Shown: positions 9,691-18,637 of the stretch, piece after piece
Layout of the letters: each line of letters starts with the position of its first letter
Position numbering within the stretch: position 1 is the stretch's first letter
Assembly (NCBI GenBank): GCA_963762565.1
Contig: CAVXLD010000007.1
Coordinates: 448,001-512,000, forward strand
Reading direction: 5' to 3'
DNA length: 64,000 bases
Origin: an uncultured Verrucomicrobiae bacterium
Lineage (GTDB): Bacteria > Verrucomicrobiota > Verrucomicrobiia > Chthoniobacterales > JAFAMB01
Made by a program: the position numbers and the translations under genes
The notes under the pieces: generated by a model
The model's database searches: none
What the model was told of the DNA's origin: nothing
The model's input: the letters and a program-made list of their open reading frames with translations, nothing else

Positions 9691-10442
9691 AACGACTTCC
9701 AGGCAAATGGGAATTTCGGACGCAGCACGACGTCCCCTGCATCAGTGATGCCCCATTTGGGAAACTGGCAGTAGAAGCAGCGGGCGCCGAATAGGCTGCG
9801 GAGGAACGCGAAGCGGAAAAAGGAACGGTTACAGCGAGGGCAATTCCAGTTGGCAAGCCACATCGCTAGCAAGAAATAAGCAAAGAAACTGCCGGCAATA
9901 ACGATTGGGGGTAGGAAGAATCGCACCTCGATCATCGCGGCCACAAAGACTGTGATGACAACGCCGCGCAGCCTGCGATAACCCGTCCAACATTGGAAAT
10001 AGTCATTGTCCGCCAAATTCTTGGGGCTGGGCAACTCGGTTTTCTTCACGGAAATAGTAAGCCTGGGTTGCCGGACAGCCTGGCTCAGCGCTCGCTCCAG
10101 CGCGTTACAAATGGTTTCGCGGGTGAACGGTTTCTGGAGAACTTCGAAAATATCAAGAGTGATCGCCTTGGCTGCAATGTCGGTTGCGCCGTAGCCGGAG
10201 ATAAGAATAATGGGCGCTTTACTTCCTTGCTGGCGGACCTTCTCTGCGACTTGCAAGCCGGTACCATCAGCCAGGCGGTAGTCTAGTAGATAGGCGTCAA
10301 ACGACCGTTCTGCGAGGGTTTCGGCGGCGCTAACAACCGATTGGCTGGTGTAAACGTCGTATTGTTGATCCTGCAAAATCCGGCTCAACACTGTGCAAAC
10401 ACCGATATCGTCATCCAGGACGAGAATGCGGTGCATGTTCAT
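9666..10442 (-). CDS. Response-regulator receiver domain fused to a 2-TM, Cys-rich (CxxC...CxxC) domain
   Basis: ILVLDDD, LLDYRLADGTG, ILISGY, LQKPF; then TM helices and CPRC / CFYC. Confidence 0.75.
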   Translation of the reverse strand: MNMHRILVLDDDIGVCTVLSRILQDQQYDVYTSQSVVSAAETLAERSFDAYLLDYRLADGTGLQVAEKVRQQGSKAPIILISGYGATDIAAKAITLDIFEVLQKPFTRETICNALERALSQAVRQPRLTISVKKTELPSPKNLADNDYFQCWTGYRRLRGVVITVFVAAMIEVRFFLPPIVIAGSFFAYFLLAMWLANWNCPRCNRSFFRFAFLRSLFGARCFYCQFPKWGITDAGDVVLRPKFPFAWKSLSETAKGR

Positions 10443-10486
10443 TACGGAGGTAGGGGAGCCTAGAGAGAAAAGGAAACGCCGTCAAC

Positions 10487-10742
10487 GAGCGGGAACGGTA
10501 GGGCGAAAAACTCGGCGCACCCATCGCGAATCTCGCTATTAAACTATCCCGCGCCGGTTTTGAGCCGCGCCGTGGGGGCGGTATGCCCAGGAGGTGTAAA
10601 TTTTCCTAGTCGTAATAACCGATCCCATCAAAAGCGCGTGCCGCGGCCAACCGCACGGAGCGGCTCAAAACCGGCGCGGAGTAAGGCCGCGGAGCGGCCA
10701 TATCATCGGCGCGCCGAGTTTTTCGCCCTACCGCTCCCGCTC
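10487..10742. repeat. GTAG-type REPIN family A (GGTAGGGCGAAAA.CTCGGCGC...GCGCCGAG.TTTTCGCCCTACC)
   Basis: Long terminal inverted repeat plus inner TTTGAGCCGC/GCGGCTCAAA pair; copies at 34532, 56413, 63403. Confidence 0.85.
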
Positions 10743-10743
10743 G

Positions 10744-11802
10744 TTACTCCACTGCCGCGGCAATCGCCTGACCAACCTCGCTGGTGTTTGCTTTACCACC
10801 GATATCTCGGGTGCGTGGACCGTTGGTTAAAACGCTTTCGATCGCCTTCAGAATCGAAGCTGCCGCGTCCGGTTGTCCTAAATGTTCTAACAGCATCGCT
10901 CCGCTCCAGATCTGAGCAATCGGGTTTGCGATCCCCAAACCGGCAATGTCCGGTGCAGATCCGTGAACCGGTTCGAACATGGACGGAAATTCTCTCTCCG
11001 GATTGAGGTTAGCCGAAGGAGCGATGCCGATTGTGCCTGTTACCGCCGGACCTAAGTCGCTCAGGATATCGCCGAACAGGTTGGAGCCGACTACCACGTC
11101 GAACCAATCCGGGTGCTGGACAAAGTGTGCCGTCAAAATATCAATGTGGTATTGGTCGACTCGGATCTCGGGGTAGTGCGCCGCCACGGCTTTCACTCGT
11201 TCATCCCAAAATGGCATGGTGACGGTGATCCCGTTACTTTTGGTGGCGGACGTGAGATGTTTCTTGGGCCGGGACCGCGCCAGCTCAAACGCGAATCGAA
11301 GGATGCGATCAACTCCCCGCCTGGTAAACACCGTTTGTTGAGTGACGACTTCATCTTCGGTGCCATCGTAAATGCGCCCGCCGATAGAGGAATATTCGCC
11401 TTCGTTATTTTCGCGAACGATAAGAAAATCGATGTCGCCGGCTTTACGGTCTCGCAGAGGCGATTCTATGCCTGGCATTAATCGCACCGGTCGCAGGTTG
11501 GCGTATTGCCGAAAGTGTCTCCGAATCGGGATCAGAAGCCCCCAAAGAGAAACATGGTCGGGGATCGGAGGGAACCCGACTGCTCCCAGGAAAATTGCAT
11601 CGTTGTCCTTGAGTTGTTCCAGACCATCCTCGGGCATCATACGCCCAGTCTTTTGATAAAACTCGCAGCTCCAAGGCAACTGATTCCATTGCAAAGCGAA
11701 CCCGTGTTTTCGGCCCGCCGCTTCCACGACACGGATCCCTTCAGGGACAACTTCTTTCCCTATGCCGTCGCCGGGAATGGTGGCGATGCGATAACTTTTC
11801 AT
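10744..11802 (-). CDS. ttuC: Tartrate dehydrogenase/decarboxylase (isocitrate/isopropylmalate dehydrogenase family)
   Basis: IPGDGIGKEV, PDHVSLWGLLIPIRR, RENNEGEYS, TSATKSNG..TMPFWD, SNLFGDILSDL, FEPVHGSAPDIAG. Confidence 0.9.
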   Translation of the reverse strand: MKSYRIATIPGDGIGKEVVPEGIRVVEAAGRKHGFALQWNQLPWSCEFYQKTGRMMPEDGLEQLKDNDAIFLGAVGFPPIPDHVSLWGLLIPIRRHFRQYANLRPVRLMPGIESPLRDRKAGDIDFLIVRENNEGEYSSIGGRIYDGTEDEVVTQQTVFTRRGVDRILRFAFELARSRPKKHLTSATKSNGITVTMPFWDERVKAVAAHYPEIRVDQYHIDILTAHFVQHPDWFDVVVGSNLFGDILSDLGPAVTGTIGIAPSANLNPEREFPSMFEPVHGSAPDIAGLGIANPIAQIWSGAMLLEHLGQPDAAASILKAIESVLTNGPRTRDIGGKANTSEVGQAIAAAVE

Positions 11803-11888
11803 GCTGTTTGATAGCACGAAGGCGGAGAATTGGCACGTGAGTCACAGGCGCTTTGTATTCGTGCCCTGACGAACTCAGTCCTATGGCT

Positions 11889-12007
11889 GGGAGGGATCGC
11901 GTCCTCGCGATCCTTCCTCGTCGAAGTCCACGACAGACCCGATCCAGCGTTAGAGTAGGCCCAAATTTATAAACCTGTTCGCGGCGCGCGGGGACGCGCG
12001 CCCTCCC
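11889..12007. repeat. REPIN-like palindromic element (GGGAGGG...CCCTCCC family)
   Basis: gggagggatcgcgtcctcgcgatcc ... gcgcgcgggacgcgcgccctccc. Confidence 0.65.
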
Positions 12008-12087
12008 ACGCCGCTCCACAACCAGAAACGTGCTATGCATTTCCCGATCAGCCGGGCTACAGTTCCCGTCAGCACGACCTACCCATC

Positions 12088-13245
12088 ATGTCCCCCTACA
12101 AAAAAGTCCTTACCGATAGCAGCCAGGGATTCTCGCTTAAGGAATGGCGATTTGACTCGACAGAAGCAGGCGATGACTCAGGGAAGGGCTCCTGGAGCGC
12201 CAAGAAGCTCTGCCTCGCCGGTGGACGCCAGGAAGGGACCGAGATCGTTGAAATCGACAACGGCGCTCTGAAATTTGTGGTGGTACCAACGCGGGGTATG
12301 AGCATCTGGCGAGCAGAGGCCAAAGGGGTCCGGTTAGGATGGGACTCGCCAGTCAGTGAGATCGTGCATCCAAAATTTGTGGACCTCACTGACCGGGGCG
12401 GAAAAGGCTGGTTGAATGGGTTCGGTGAATGGGTGTCACGTTGCGGGTTAGAATCAATGGGCCCTCCTGGCCCGGATGGGTCTAACGTTCTTACCCAACA
12501 CGGACGCATTAATTATTTGCCCGCGAACCATCTGGAGTTTCGGTTCGAGCCTCAACCAACTCCACGGATCGTGTTGCGGGGAATGGTTGACGAATCGTTC
12601 ATGTTCGGACCCTACCTGCGCTTGATCACCGAGATTTCGACGGAGATCGGCAGCAGTGAGTTAGTGCTAAATGACACAGTGCTGAACTTGGCGGATATCC
12701 CTCAAGAAATGGAGAGTCTTTACCATATCAACTTTGGTCCTCCATTGCTTGGAGCCGGCGCCAAGTTCGTAGCTCCGGTCAAAATAGTCGCTCCTCGAGA
12801 CGCTCGAGCTGCCGAGGTCGATATGGCCAAATGGAATCTCTACGAAGGGCCGCAACCTGCCGGCTATACCGAGCAAGTCTATTTCGCCGAGCTTTTGGGG
12901 GATCAACAAGGTTCTACTCGGGCGTTATTACAAGCTCCTGATGGAAAATCAGGGGCGCTGCTAGCCTTCAATGTGCACGAGCTGCCTTATTTTACTCTGT
13001 GGAAAAACGAGGCCCCGCTGAAGACTGGCTACGTGACCGGCTTGGAACCAGCCACAAGTTATCCGTTTCACAGAACAGAAGAGCGAAAAGCCGGTCGCCT
13101 CGCGACACTCGCTCCAAACGGAGCACATAACGCAAAGGTCACGATCAAAGCGCTGTTGACCGAGGCCGAGGTGCAAGCGGCTATCCGCGGGATTAACGAG
13201 TTGCAAAGGGAGGAGCCCCGTGTGGAGACCAAAGCGATGAGCTAG
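12088..13245 (+). CDS. Aldose 1-epimerase-like protein (DUF4432 family)
   Basis: VPTRGMSI, LGWDSPV, CGLESMG.P, HGRI, LYHINFG.PLL, WKN...GYVTGLEPAT. Confidence 0.85.
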   Translation: MSPYKKVLTDSSQGFSLKEWRFDSTEAGDDSGKGSWSAKKLCLAGGRQEGTEIVEIDNGALKFVVVPTRGMSIWRAEAKGVRLGWDSPVSEIVHPKFVDLTDRGGKGWLNGFGEWVSRCGLESMGPPGPDGSNVLTQHGRINYLPANHLEFRFEPQPTPRIVLRGMVDESFMFGPYLRLITEISTEIGSSELVLNDTVLNLADIPQEMESLYHINFGPPLLGAGAKFVAPVKIVAPRDARAAEVDMAKWNLYEGPQPAGYTEQVYFAELLGDQQGSTRALLQAPDGKSGALLAFNVHELPYFTLWKNEAPLKTGYVTGLEPATSYPFHRTEERKAGRLATLAPNGAHNAKVTIKALLTEAEVQAAIRGINELQREEPRVETKAMS

Positions 13246-13260
13246 GGGGGAGCGTGAGAA

Positions 13261-13312
13261 GTGATTGGTGATTGGTGATTGGTGATTGGTGATTGGTGAT
13301 TGGTGATTGGTG
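13261..13312 (+). repeat. Perfect heptamer tandem (GTGATTG)x7
   Basis: Direct reading; inverse CCAATCAC units at 13539-13566. Confidence 0.95.
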
Positions 13313-13521
13313 CAGCAAAGGCTCCCGAAGGACCCGGTGACAATGCGAGGAAAATCCGCGAACACCTGGACTAATTGGTGAGCGATGCCTAAAAACGCGC
13401 CGAGCCGTAGCCGAGCGATAGACCACGGCTCGGCGCGTTTTTCGACGTAGACGTACTGATGGCTAGGTGAATGTCAGAGGCTGCGCTGTAGCGCTCGGTC
13501 CGTCGGGAGCCTCGCCCTACC
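13309..13521. repeat. REPIN family B (..GGCTCCCGAA...TCGGGAGCCTCGCCCTACC)
   Basis: Same ends and inner CGCGCCGAGCCG/CGGCTCGGCGCG hairpin as the copies at 25107 and 29071; same ends as 23725. Confidence 0.75.
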
Positions 13522-13567
13522 AGTAAGCGCTGCCCGCCCCACCAATCACTCCAATCACTAATCACGC

Positions 13568-14260
13568 CTAATCCGCTGGCCTGTTCAGCGAATATTTGGT
13601 CACTCCGACCTGTTTACGGATCGCCGAAAACAGATCCTCGACTCCTTGCCGATTGGCGAAGTTGATCACGAAAGCCGGTAACCCGCCGCCGCCGTCAGTT
13701 AAAATCGTGTAGGTGGCAATGGTCCTCGTGCCGCCGTCGCACGAGTCGAGGTGCCATGACCCTTGATCGAGCGTGATCCGGATCACTCCGGGACTCGGAG
13801 TTGGTCCAACCGAGTTTATCGGTTCCCAATGGAAATGGTAACTGACAGTTCCATCTTCATGCTTTTCCGCTCGGCTGGACACAGCTACGGTCACATCACG
13901 AGCCCCGATAAACGGTGGGTCCAAACGAAAATAACCGATCACTTGATGCAGCTTGCGCTCGATGATCTGGGTTTTGGTCATATAAGGCATGAAGCTTGGG
14001 TAATCTTCCACCTCGTCGATCACGTTTCTTACCACCCAATTCGGAGCGTCGATTGAACCAACCGCTCGAATTTCTTTGATCGGACAACCTGAGCGCGAGC
14101 GAGCGAAAATTGCTAAGCCCTCATCTTTACTTACCTGTACCCAATCTGAGTTCTCCGGGCTGGCTGAGCCGCTGGAAATAAAGCTCACCAGCCCGCAAAA
14201 AAGGCAGGCGATTGAAACCGCGGCAGTTCCCCTTCGTACCTTTGACTTACGCGATAGCAT
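13568..14260 (-). CDS. START/SRPBCC-domain lipid-binding protein, exported
   Basis: Signal peptide; W......GL.I..R, YPSFMPY, ARD, GSW.L, D.GG.LPAFVIN. Confidence 0.75.
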   Translation of the reverse strand: MLSRKSKVRRGTAAVSIACLFCGLVSFISSGSASPENSDWVQVSKDEGLAIFARSRSGCPIKEIRAVGSIDAPNWVVRNVIDEVEDYPSFMPYMTKTQIIERKLHQVIGYFRLDPPFIGARDVTVAVSSRAEKHEDGTVSYHFHWEPINSVGPTPSPGVIRITLDQGSWHLDSCDGGTRTIATYTILTDGGGGLPAFVINFANRQGVEDLFSAIRKQVGVTKYSLNRPAD

Positions 14261-14433
14261 GACGCTTTCGTTCGGAAATCAGGCCAAGTTCGGCCATCTA
14301 GTCGAGTCTAACTGAAGTAGTCCGATAAAAGCTGCATTATTGTTCAGTTCAAACAGAGAAATTTGTGATGGTTAGGTTAACCGGCCTGCCGAACTGGTTT
14401 TGTAGCCAACCGCCAGGCCGCTCGAAGACAGGA

Positions 14434-15762
14434 TCATTCACCAACGCTGGCGTATTCGTCGCCAATGTCCTTATGCGAGTATTCAACCATGAAAAAGGTG
14501 GAGACGAATGCAATTACCGCGCATATCGCCATGTACAAGGCGACCACCATTCCCGACTTGTAGGTTGCAAATAGCCAGGTGGCGATCAATGGGGAAGGCC
14601 CGCCGGCGATAATGGAGGCGAGTTGATAGCCCAAAGAGGCGCCACTGTATCGCATCCGAGGTGTGAATTGCTCGGCGATTAGCGCTGCCTGAGGCCCGTA
14701 AACCATGGCGTGCGGGAGTGCTCCAAGGATGGCTCCGACGAACACTAACGCTGGATTTCCCGAATCCAGCAGCGCGAAAAACGCGAACGAGGCAACGATC
14801 ATCGTGGCCGCGCCGATGAGATACATGTTCTTTCGTCCAATGCGGTCCGACAAATGACCGAAGAAAGGGATCAAAAAGAATTCAAGGACGGAAAAGACGA
14901 GCATCGCGTTTAAGAAGAAGGTCTTGTCCATCTTCAGATGTTGGACGCCGTATGCGAATATGAAGGCAGTAAAGATGTAATAGGGGGTCTGTTCGGCCAA
15001 CCGAATCAAAGCCGAGAGAATGACCGATCCCCCTTGCTTTCGCAGAACCTTCAAGGCCGGTACTCTTTCGATCTTGTTCTCTGCGACAAGCTTGGTGAAG
15101 GTCGGCGTTTCCAAAATACTGAGCCGGATCCAAAGCCCGATCACGACCAGAACGCCGCTAAAAAGGAAAGGGATGCGCCAACCCCAGGTCTGGAATTGTT
15201 CGGCAGGGAGAGTATTGGCGAAAGCGAGTACAGCTAAGTTGGCCAGAAAGGAGCCCACCGGGACCCCGAATTGAGGCCAGGACGCGATAAACCCGCGGTT
15301 GCCGAAAGTCTTCGTCCACTCCATCGCCAGCAGCACCGAGCCGCCCCATTCTCCGCCGACCCCGACTCCTTGAAAAAACCGGAGGACGGTTAAGATAATG
15401 GCGCCCCAGATGCCGATCTGCGCGTACCCCGGCACAAATGCTACCAGAAAGGTAGCGATACCCATGAGCAAGAGTGTGGCAATAAGCGCTCCTTTGCGGC
15501 CAATCCTATCGCCGTAGTGGCCAAAAATAGCGGCTCCAACGGGTCTCGCTATAAAGCCAACCGCATAGATTAAGAAAGCGTTCAGAGTTCCCACCAACGG
15601 GTTGTCGTTGGGGAAAAATTGTTTTGCGAAGACTAAACCGGTTACGATGCTATAAAGGAAAAAATCGTACCATTCGATTGAGGTTCCGATGGTGCTTGCG
15701 ATGACGGCTCGAAAGAGCATCGAGCGCCGCTTGCCTTCCGTGAGTTCTGGGGCGGTGCTCAT
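14434..15762 (-). CDS. MFS transporter, metabolite:H+ symporter (MHS/ShiA-like) family
   Basis: GTSIEWYDF, RPVGAAIFGHYGDRIGRK, GGEWGG, WGWRIPF, RYSGASLGYQ. Confidence 0.93.
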   Translation of the reverse strand: MSTAPELTEGKRRSMLFRAVIASTIGTSIEWYDFFLYSIVTGLVFAKQFFPNDNPLVGTLNAFLIYAVGFIARPVGAAIFGHYGDRIGRKGALIATLLLMGIATFLVAFVPGYAQIGIWGAIILTVLRFFQGVGVGGEWGGSVLLAMEWTKTFGNRGFIASWPQFGVPVGSFLANLAVLAFANTLPAEQFQTWGWRIPFLFSGVLVVIGLWIRLSILETPTFTKLVAENKIERVPALKVLRKQGGSVILSALIRLAEQTPYYIFTAFIFAYGVQHLKMDKTFFLNAMLVFSVLEFFLIPFFGHLSDRIGRKNMYLIGAATMIVASFAFFALLDSGNPALVFVGAILGALPHAMVYGPQAALIAEQFTPRMRYSGASLGYQLASIIAGGPSPLIATWLFATYKSGMVVALYMAICAVIAFVSTFFMVEYSHKDIGDEYASVGE

Positions 15763-16131
15763 TTCTTATTCCTGATCGAGACTGCGTTAAACGATTGGGA
15801 CACGATTCGCCCAGGGTTGAATTCCATTCGGCGCAAAAAAAACGGCGCGCAGACAAGAACGACAATGATCGAAACGGGGGGGTGCATGACTTTTCCTTGT
15901 AGCAGATCCGGTTTTGGACCGGCGCGAATAGTGTAATCGGAAGAGCTGGCGACCGTCAATGGCGATGGACAAGGGCGAGCAGGAGCTGGCGCACCCCGTA
16001 TATCGTAATGCGATTTAAAGCCCATTGTGATCATGGGGATGTTCGGTTCACTCCAGGATGACGGGCCGACCGCGGTGGATCCACGCCGCACGCCCATTCG
16101 CCCATTTATCCTGACTGCGGTATTTTCCCGC

Positions 16132-16830
16132 ATGAGAGTTCTCCTGTTCGATACCTTTGGTACCCTCGTGGATTGGCGAACCAGCTTGATTACTCTTCTG
16201 AACGATTTCGGGCGCAAGAAAGGGCGGCAGATTCCAGCTACGGAAATCGTTGATCGCTGGCGCACGGCTTACGAGCCGATGATGGGCCGTGTGCGTACGG
16301 GCAAACTTCCTTGGACTGATCTTGACGCGCTTCATCGGATGGCGCTGACGGAGCTGCTCCCTGACTTTCAGCTGGCGGACTTAACGGCGGCCGAGATCGA
16401 TCAGCTGACACTTGGCTGGCACCAATTATCGCCTTGGCCAGACTCGGTGCCAGGTCTCACCCAGCTAAAGCGCAAGTTCATTTTGGGGCCGCTCTCCAAT
16501 GGCAATTTCTCGTTGCTTGTCGATTTATCGAAGTTTGCCGGTTTACCTTGGGACGCAATCTTGGGTGCAGATCTGTTCCGGCACTACAAGCCGGATCCTG
16601 AGACGTATCTGGGAGCCTGCGAGCTCCTCAAGCTGTCACCCCCAGAGGTGATGCTGGTGGCTGCACACAATTATGATTTAAAGGCTGCCCAATCCCTTGG
16701 GCTAAAGACAGCCTTCGTCGGTCGGCCGACAGAATACGGACCACGTCAGATAAAAGACTTCGGCCCCGAAGGGAACTGGGATTTTGTCGCGCGAGACATG
16801 ATCGAGTTGGCAGAGCAGCTTGGGGGCTGA
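16132..16830 (+). CDS. Haloacid dehalogenase type II (HAD)
   Basis: FDTFGTLVDW, PWPDSVPGL, LSNGN, YKPDP..Y, VAAHNYDL. Confidence 0.92.
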   Translation: MRVLLFDTFGTLVDWRTSLITLLNDFGRKKGRQIPATEIVDRWRTAYEPMMGRVRTGKLPWTDLDALHRMALTELLPDFQLADLTAAEIDQLTLGWHQLSPWPDSVPGLTQLKRKFILGPLSNGNFSLLVDLSKFAGLPWDAILGADLFRHYKPDPETYLGACELLKLSPPEVMLVAAHNYDLKAAQSLGLKTAFVGRPTEYGPRQIKDFGPEGNWDFVARDMIELAEQLGG

Positions 16831-16904
16831 GGCGTATCGGCGTGCGGGAAAATCCGGGAACTGAGGGGAACGTCCGGCTGCTCGAGGTCGGTGAACTAAG
16901 ACGG

Positions 16905-17032
16905 ATAGGACCTATACGACCTATGGGACCAATAGGACTTATGGGACCAATAGAACTTATGGGTCGAGGCGCCTGTTGCCTCAGGTGGCACCGGCGGCAT
17001 CATATAAGTCCCATAGGTCCTATAAGTTCCCA
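16905..17032. repeat. Inverted 9-mer arrays (ATAGGACCT/ATGGGACC vs GTCCCATAG/GTCCTATAA)
   Basis: Direct reading; same motif family at 9480-9510, 26232-26280, 50035-50060, 54810-54880, 62327-62350. Confidence 0.75.
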
Positions 17033-17130
17033 TTCGCTGCAGGTCACTGGCCGTCGAGTGATTGCACGTAGGTGCTCACCCCTCGGCTAAACGCCGATAC
17101 GCCCATACGGCATTAACAACCCAGCGCTTG

Positions 17131-17247
17131 CTACTTCTTCTTGAACGGCCCGTGCACGAGTCGTCGTTCCAACAGCCAAAGAACAAAACCGACGATTGCG
17201 TAGAGGAAGAACTGATAGAGGTAGACCCAAAGAGTAGAGGGGAGCAT
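17131..17247 (-). CDS. Small single-TM protein, 38 aa (MLPSTLWVYLYQFFLYAIVGFVLWLLERRLVHGPFKKK)
   Basis: Manually translated; below the ORF-track length cutoff; one hydrophobic helix and a basic tail; lies in unique sequence between two repeats. Confidence 0.55.
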   Translation of the reverse strand: MLPSTLWVYLYQFFLYAIVGFVLWLLERRLVHGPFKKK

Positions 17248-17342
17248 CGGCCGCAATATTACAGGGCTAGATCCAAATTTAAACCAATAAAAGAGGCTAC
17301 ACCGTGGCGGTGTGAGCGAGCGAACGCGTTGGAGAATGGCAC

Positions 17343-17465
17343 TAAGTAAGCGGTAAGCGGTAAGCAGTAAGCGGTAAGCAGGGTGTCAGCCCAACCCGAA
17401 TTTGGCCGCAGAATCTCTGTACTGCCGACCGCTTACCGCTTACCGCTTACCGCTTACTGCCTTAG
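17343..17465. repeat. Inverted heptamer arrays (TAAGCRG)n / (CYGCTTA)n
   Basis: taagcgg taagcgg taagcag taagcgg taagcag ... ccgctta ccgctta ccgctta ctgcctta; same family at 55798-55950. Confidence 0.9.
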
Positions 17466-17588
17466 CCCCCCAATGCGCCTCGGGGCGCCAAAATCGCCAA
17501 CGCTCGCGGGCGTGCCCGCACTCTTTTCTTCTTCCTGCTCGCATTTTTTCTGCAATTTGATATGCGGTTGACGTCTACCAGCGTGTAT

Positions 17589-18449
17589 ATGGCGAAAATC
17601 CCTCATCCTATCAGGCTGACAGGGTTAGTCCTATCAGCCGTCATCATTACCCTCGGCACTGCCCGGGCCCAGAAAGCTCCGGCGACCCCGGCGGGGACCC
17701 CAGACGCGAACGCGATCACGAGCAGTGGAAACCTGCCGTCGCCAACTTGGCTGTTTAAGGCAATCAGCGCAGCGTTACCCGAGTTCGATTGGAAAACAAA
17801 GGTCAAGGAGCTGACCTCAGACCCAAACTTCGAGAAATCGGATTATCCGGATGATCTCTCGAAGATCTCTAACCTAGGAGTGCGACTCGCCGTCGCCTTT
17901 GTCGCCATCATGGCGCAGGATTATGAAAGCGTGGAGAAGGCCGCCAAGGTGAGCACAGAATTGTCCTCCGACTTCAGCGTCGCCTCCGACATAAAGGCGA
18001 AAGCCGAGGAAGCCCAGGATGCGGCAAAAGCCGGCAAATGGGACGAAGTGAACGCGAAACTCGACTTGATCACACAGGATGTCTCCAAAGAATTGAAGAC
18101 GGGAAGCCATAAAGAAGAGGCAACCATGTCTTTTGCGACTGGTTGGCTGACCGGGCTCAACATTATCAGCAGCGCCGTGGCAGAAAACTATAATGAACAG
18201 GCGGCGCTATTGATCCGGCAAGGTCCGCTACCCGGAATGCTTGTGACTCAGCTGAAGGCGGTAAGCCAGAACTATAAGGCGAATAACGACGGCAAGGATC
18301 ACTCGAACTACAAAACCATTACGGATGGGGTCACAGAAATCGCCGAGGCCGTAAGGAAGGATCAATCGAAGCCATTCACTAAAGAAGAAGTAACGGCTCT
18401 CCGGGATAAGACCGGGCAGTTAATAAAGAGCATCGAGACCTTGTCCTGA
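17589..18449 (+). CDS. Secreted alpha-helical hypothetical protein
   Basis: Signal peptide ending ARA-Q; SNLGVRLA and GWLTGL motifs; upstream of the ABC transporter. Confidence 0.75.
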   Translation: MAKIPHPIRLTGLVLSAVIITLGTARAQKAPATPAGTPDANAITSSGNLPSPTWLFKAISAALPEFDWKTKVKELTSDPNFEKSDYPDDLSKISNLGVRLAVAFVAIMAQDYESVEKAAKVSTELSSDFSVASDIKAKAEEAQDAAKAGKWDEVNAKLDLITQDVSKELKTGSHKEEATMSFATGWLTGLNIISSAVAENYNEQAALLIRQGPLPGMLVTQLKAVSQNYKANNDGKDHSNYKTITDGVTEIAEAVRKDQSKPFTKEEVTALRDKTGQLIKSIETLS

Positions 18450-18637
18450 CCTGCGAGTCGCCATATTCCAATTTCCCGTTCTTTAGAGCCTGGACCAGCC
18501 ACCAGTGCACGACTGGTCCGGGACGGAACTGGATTTCTTATTGTTGGCCGTCTCCTACTTGGAGCGGGCTATTTATTGAGTGGGGCGGACGAATCGAAAA
18601 TCAAGAGCGCAAGCGGCGAGCTTAAAGCCCATCAACA

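Noticed and set aside
15759..16265. 168-aa minus-strand ORF / leader peptide of the MFS gene
   Set aside because: Overlaps the HAD gene antisense; no motif support
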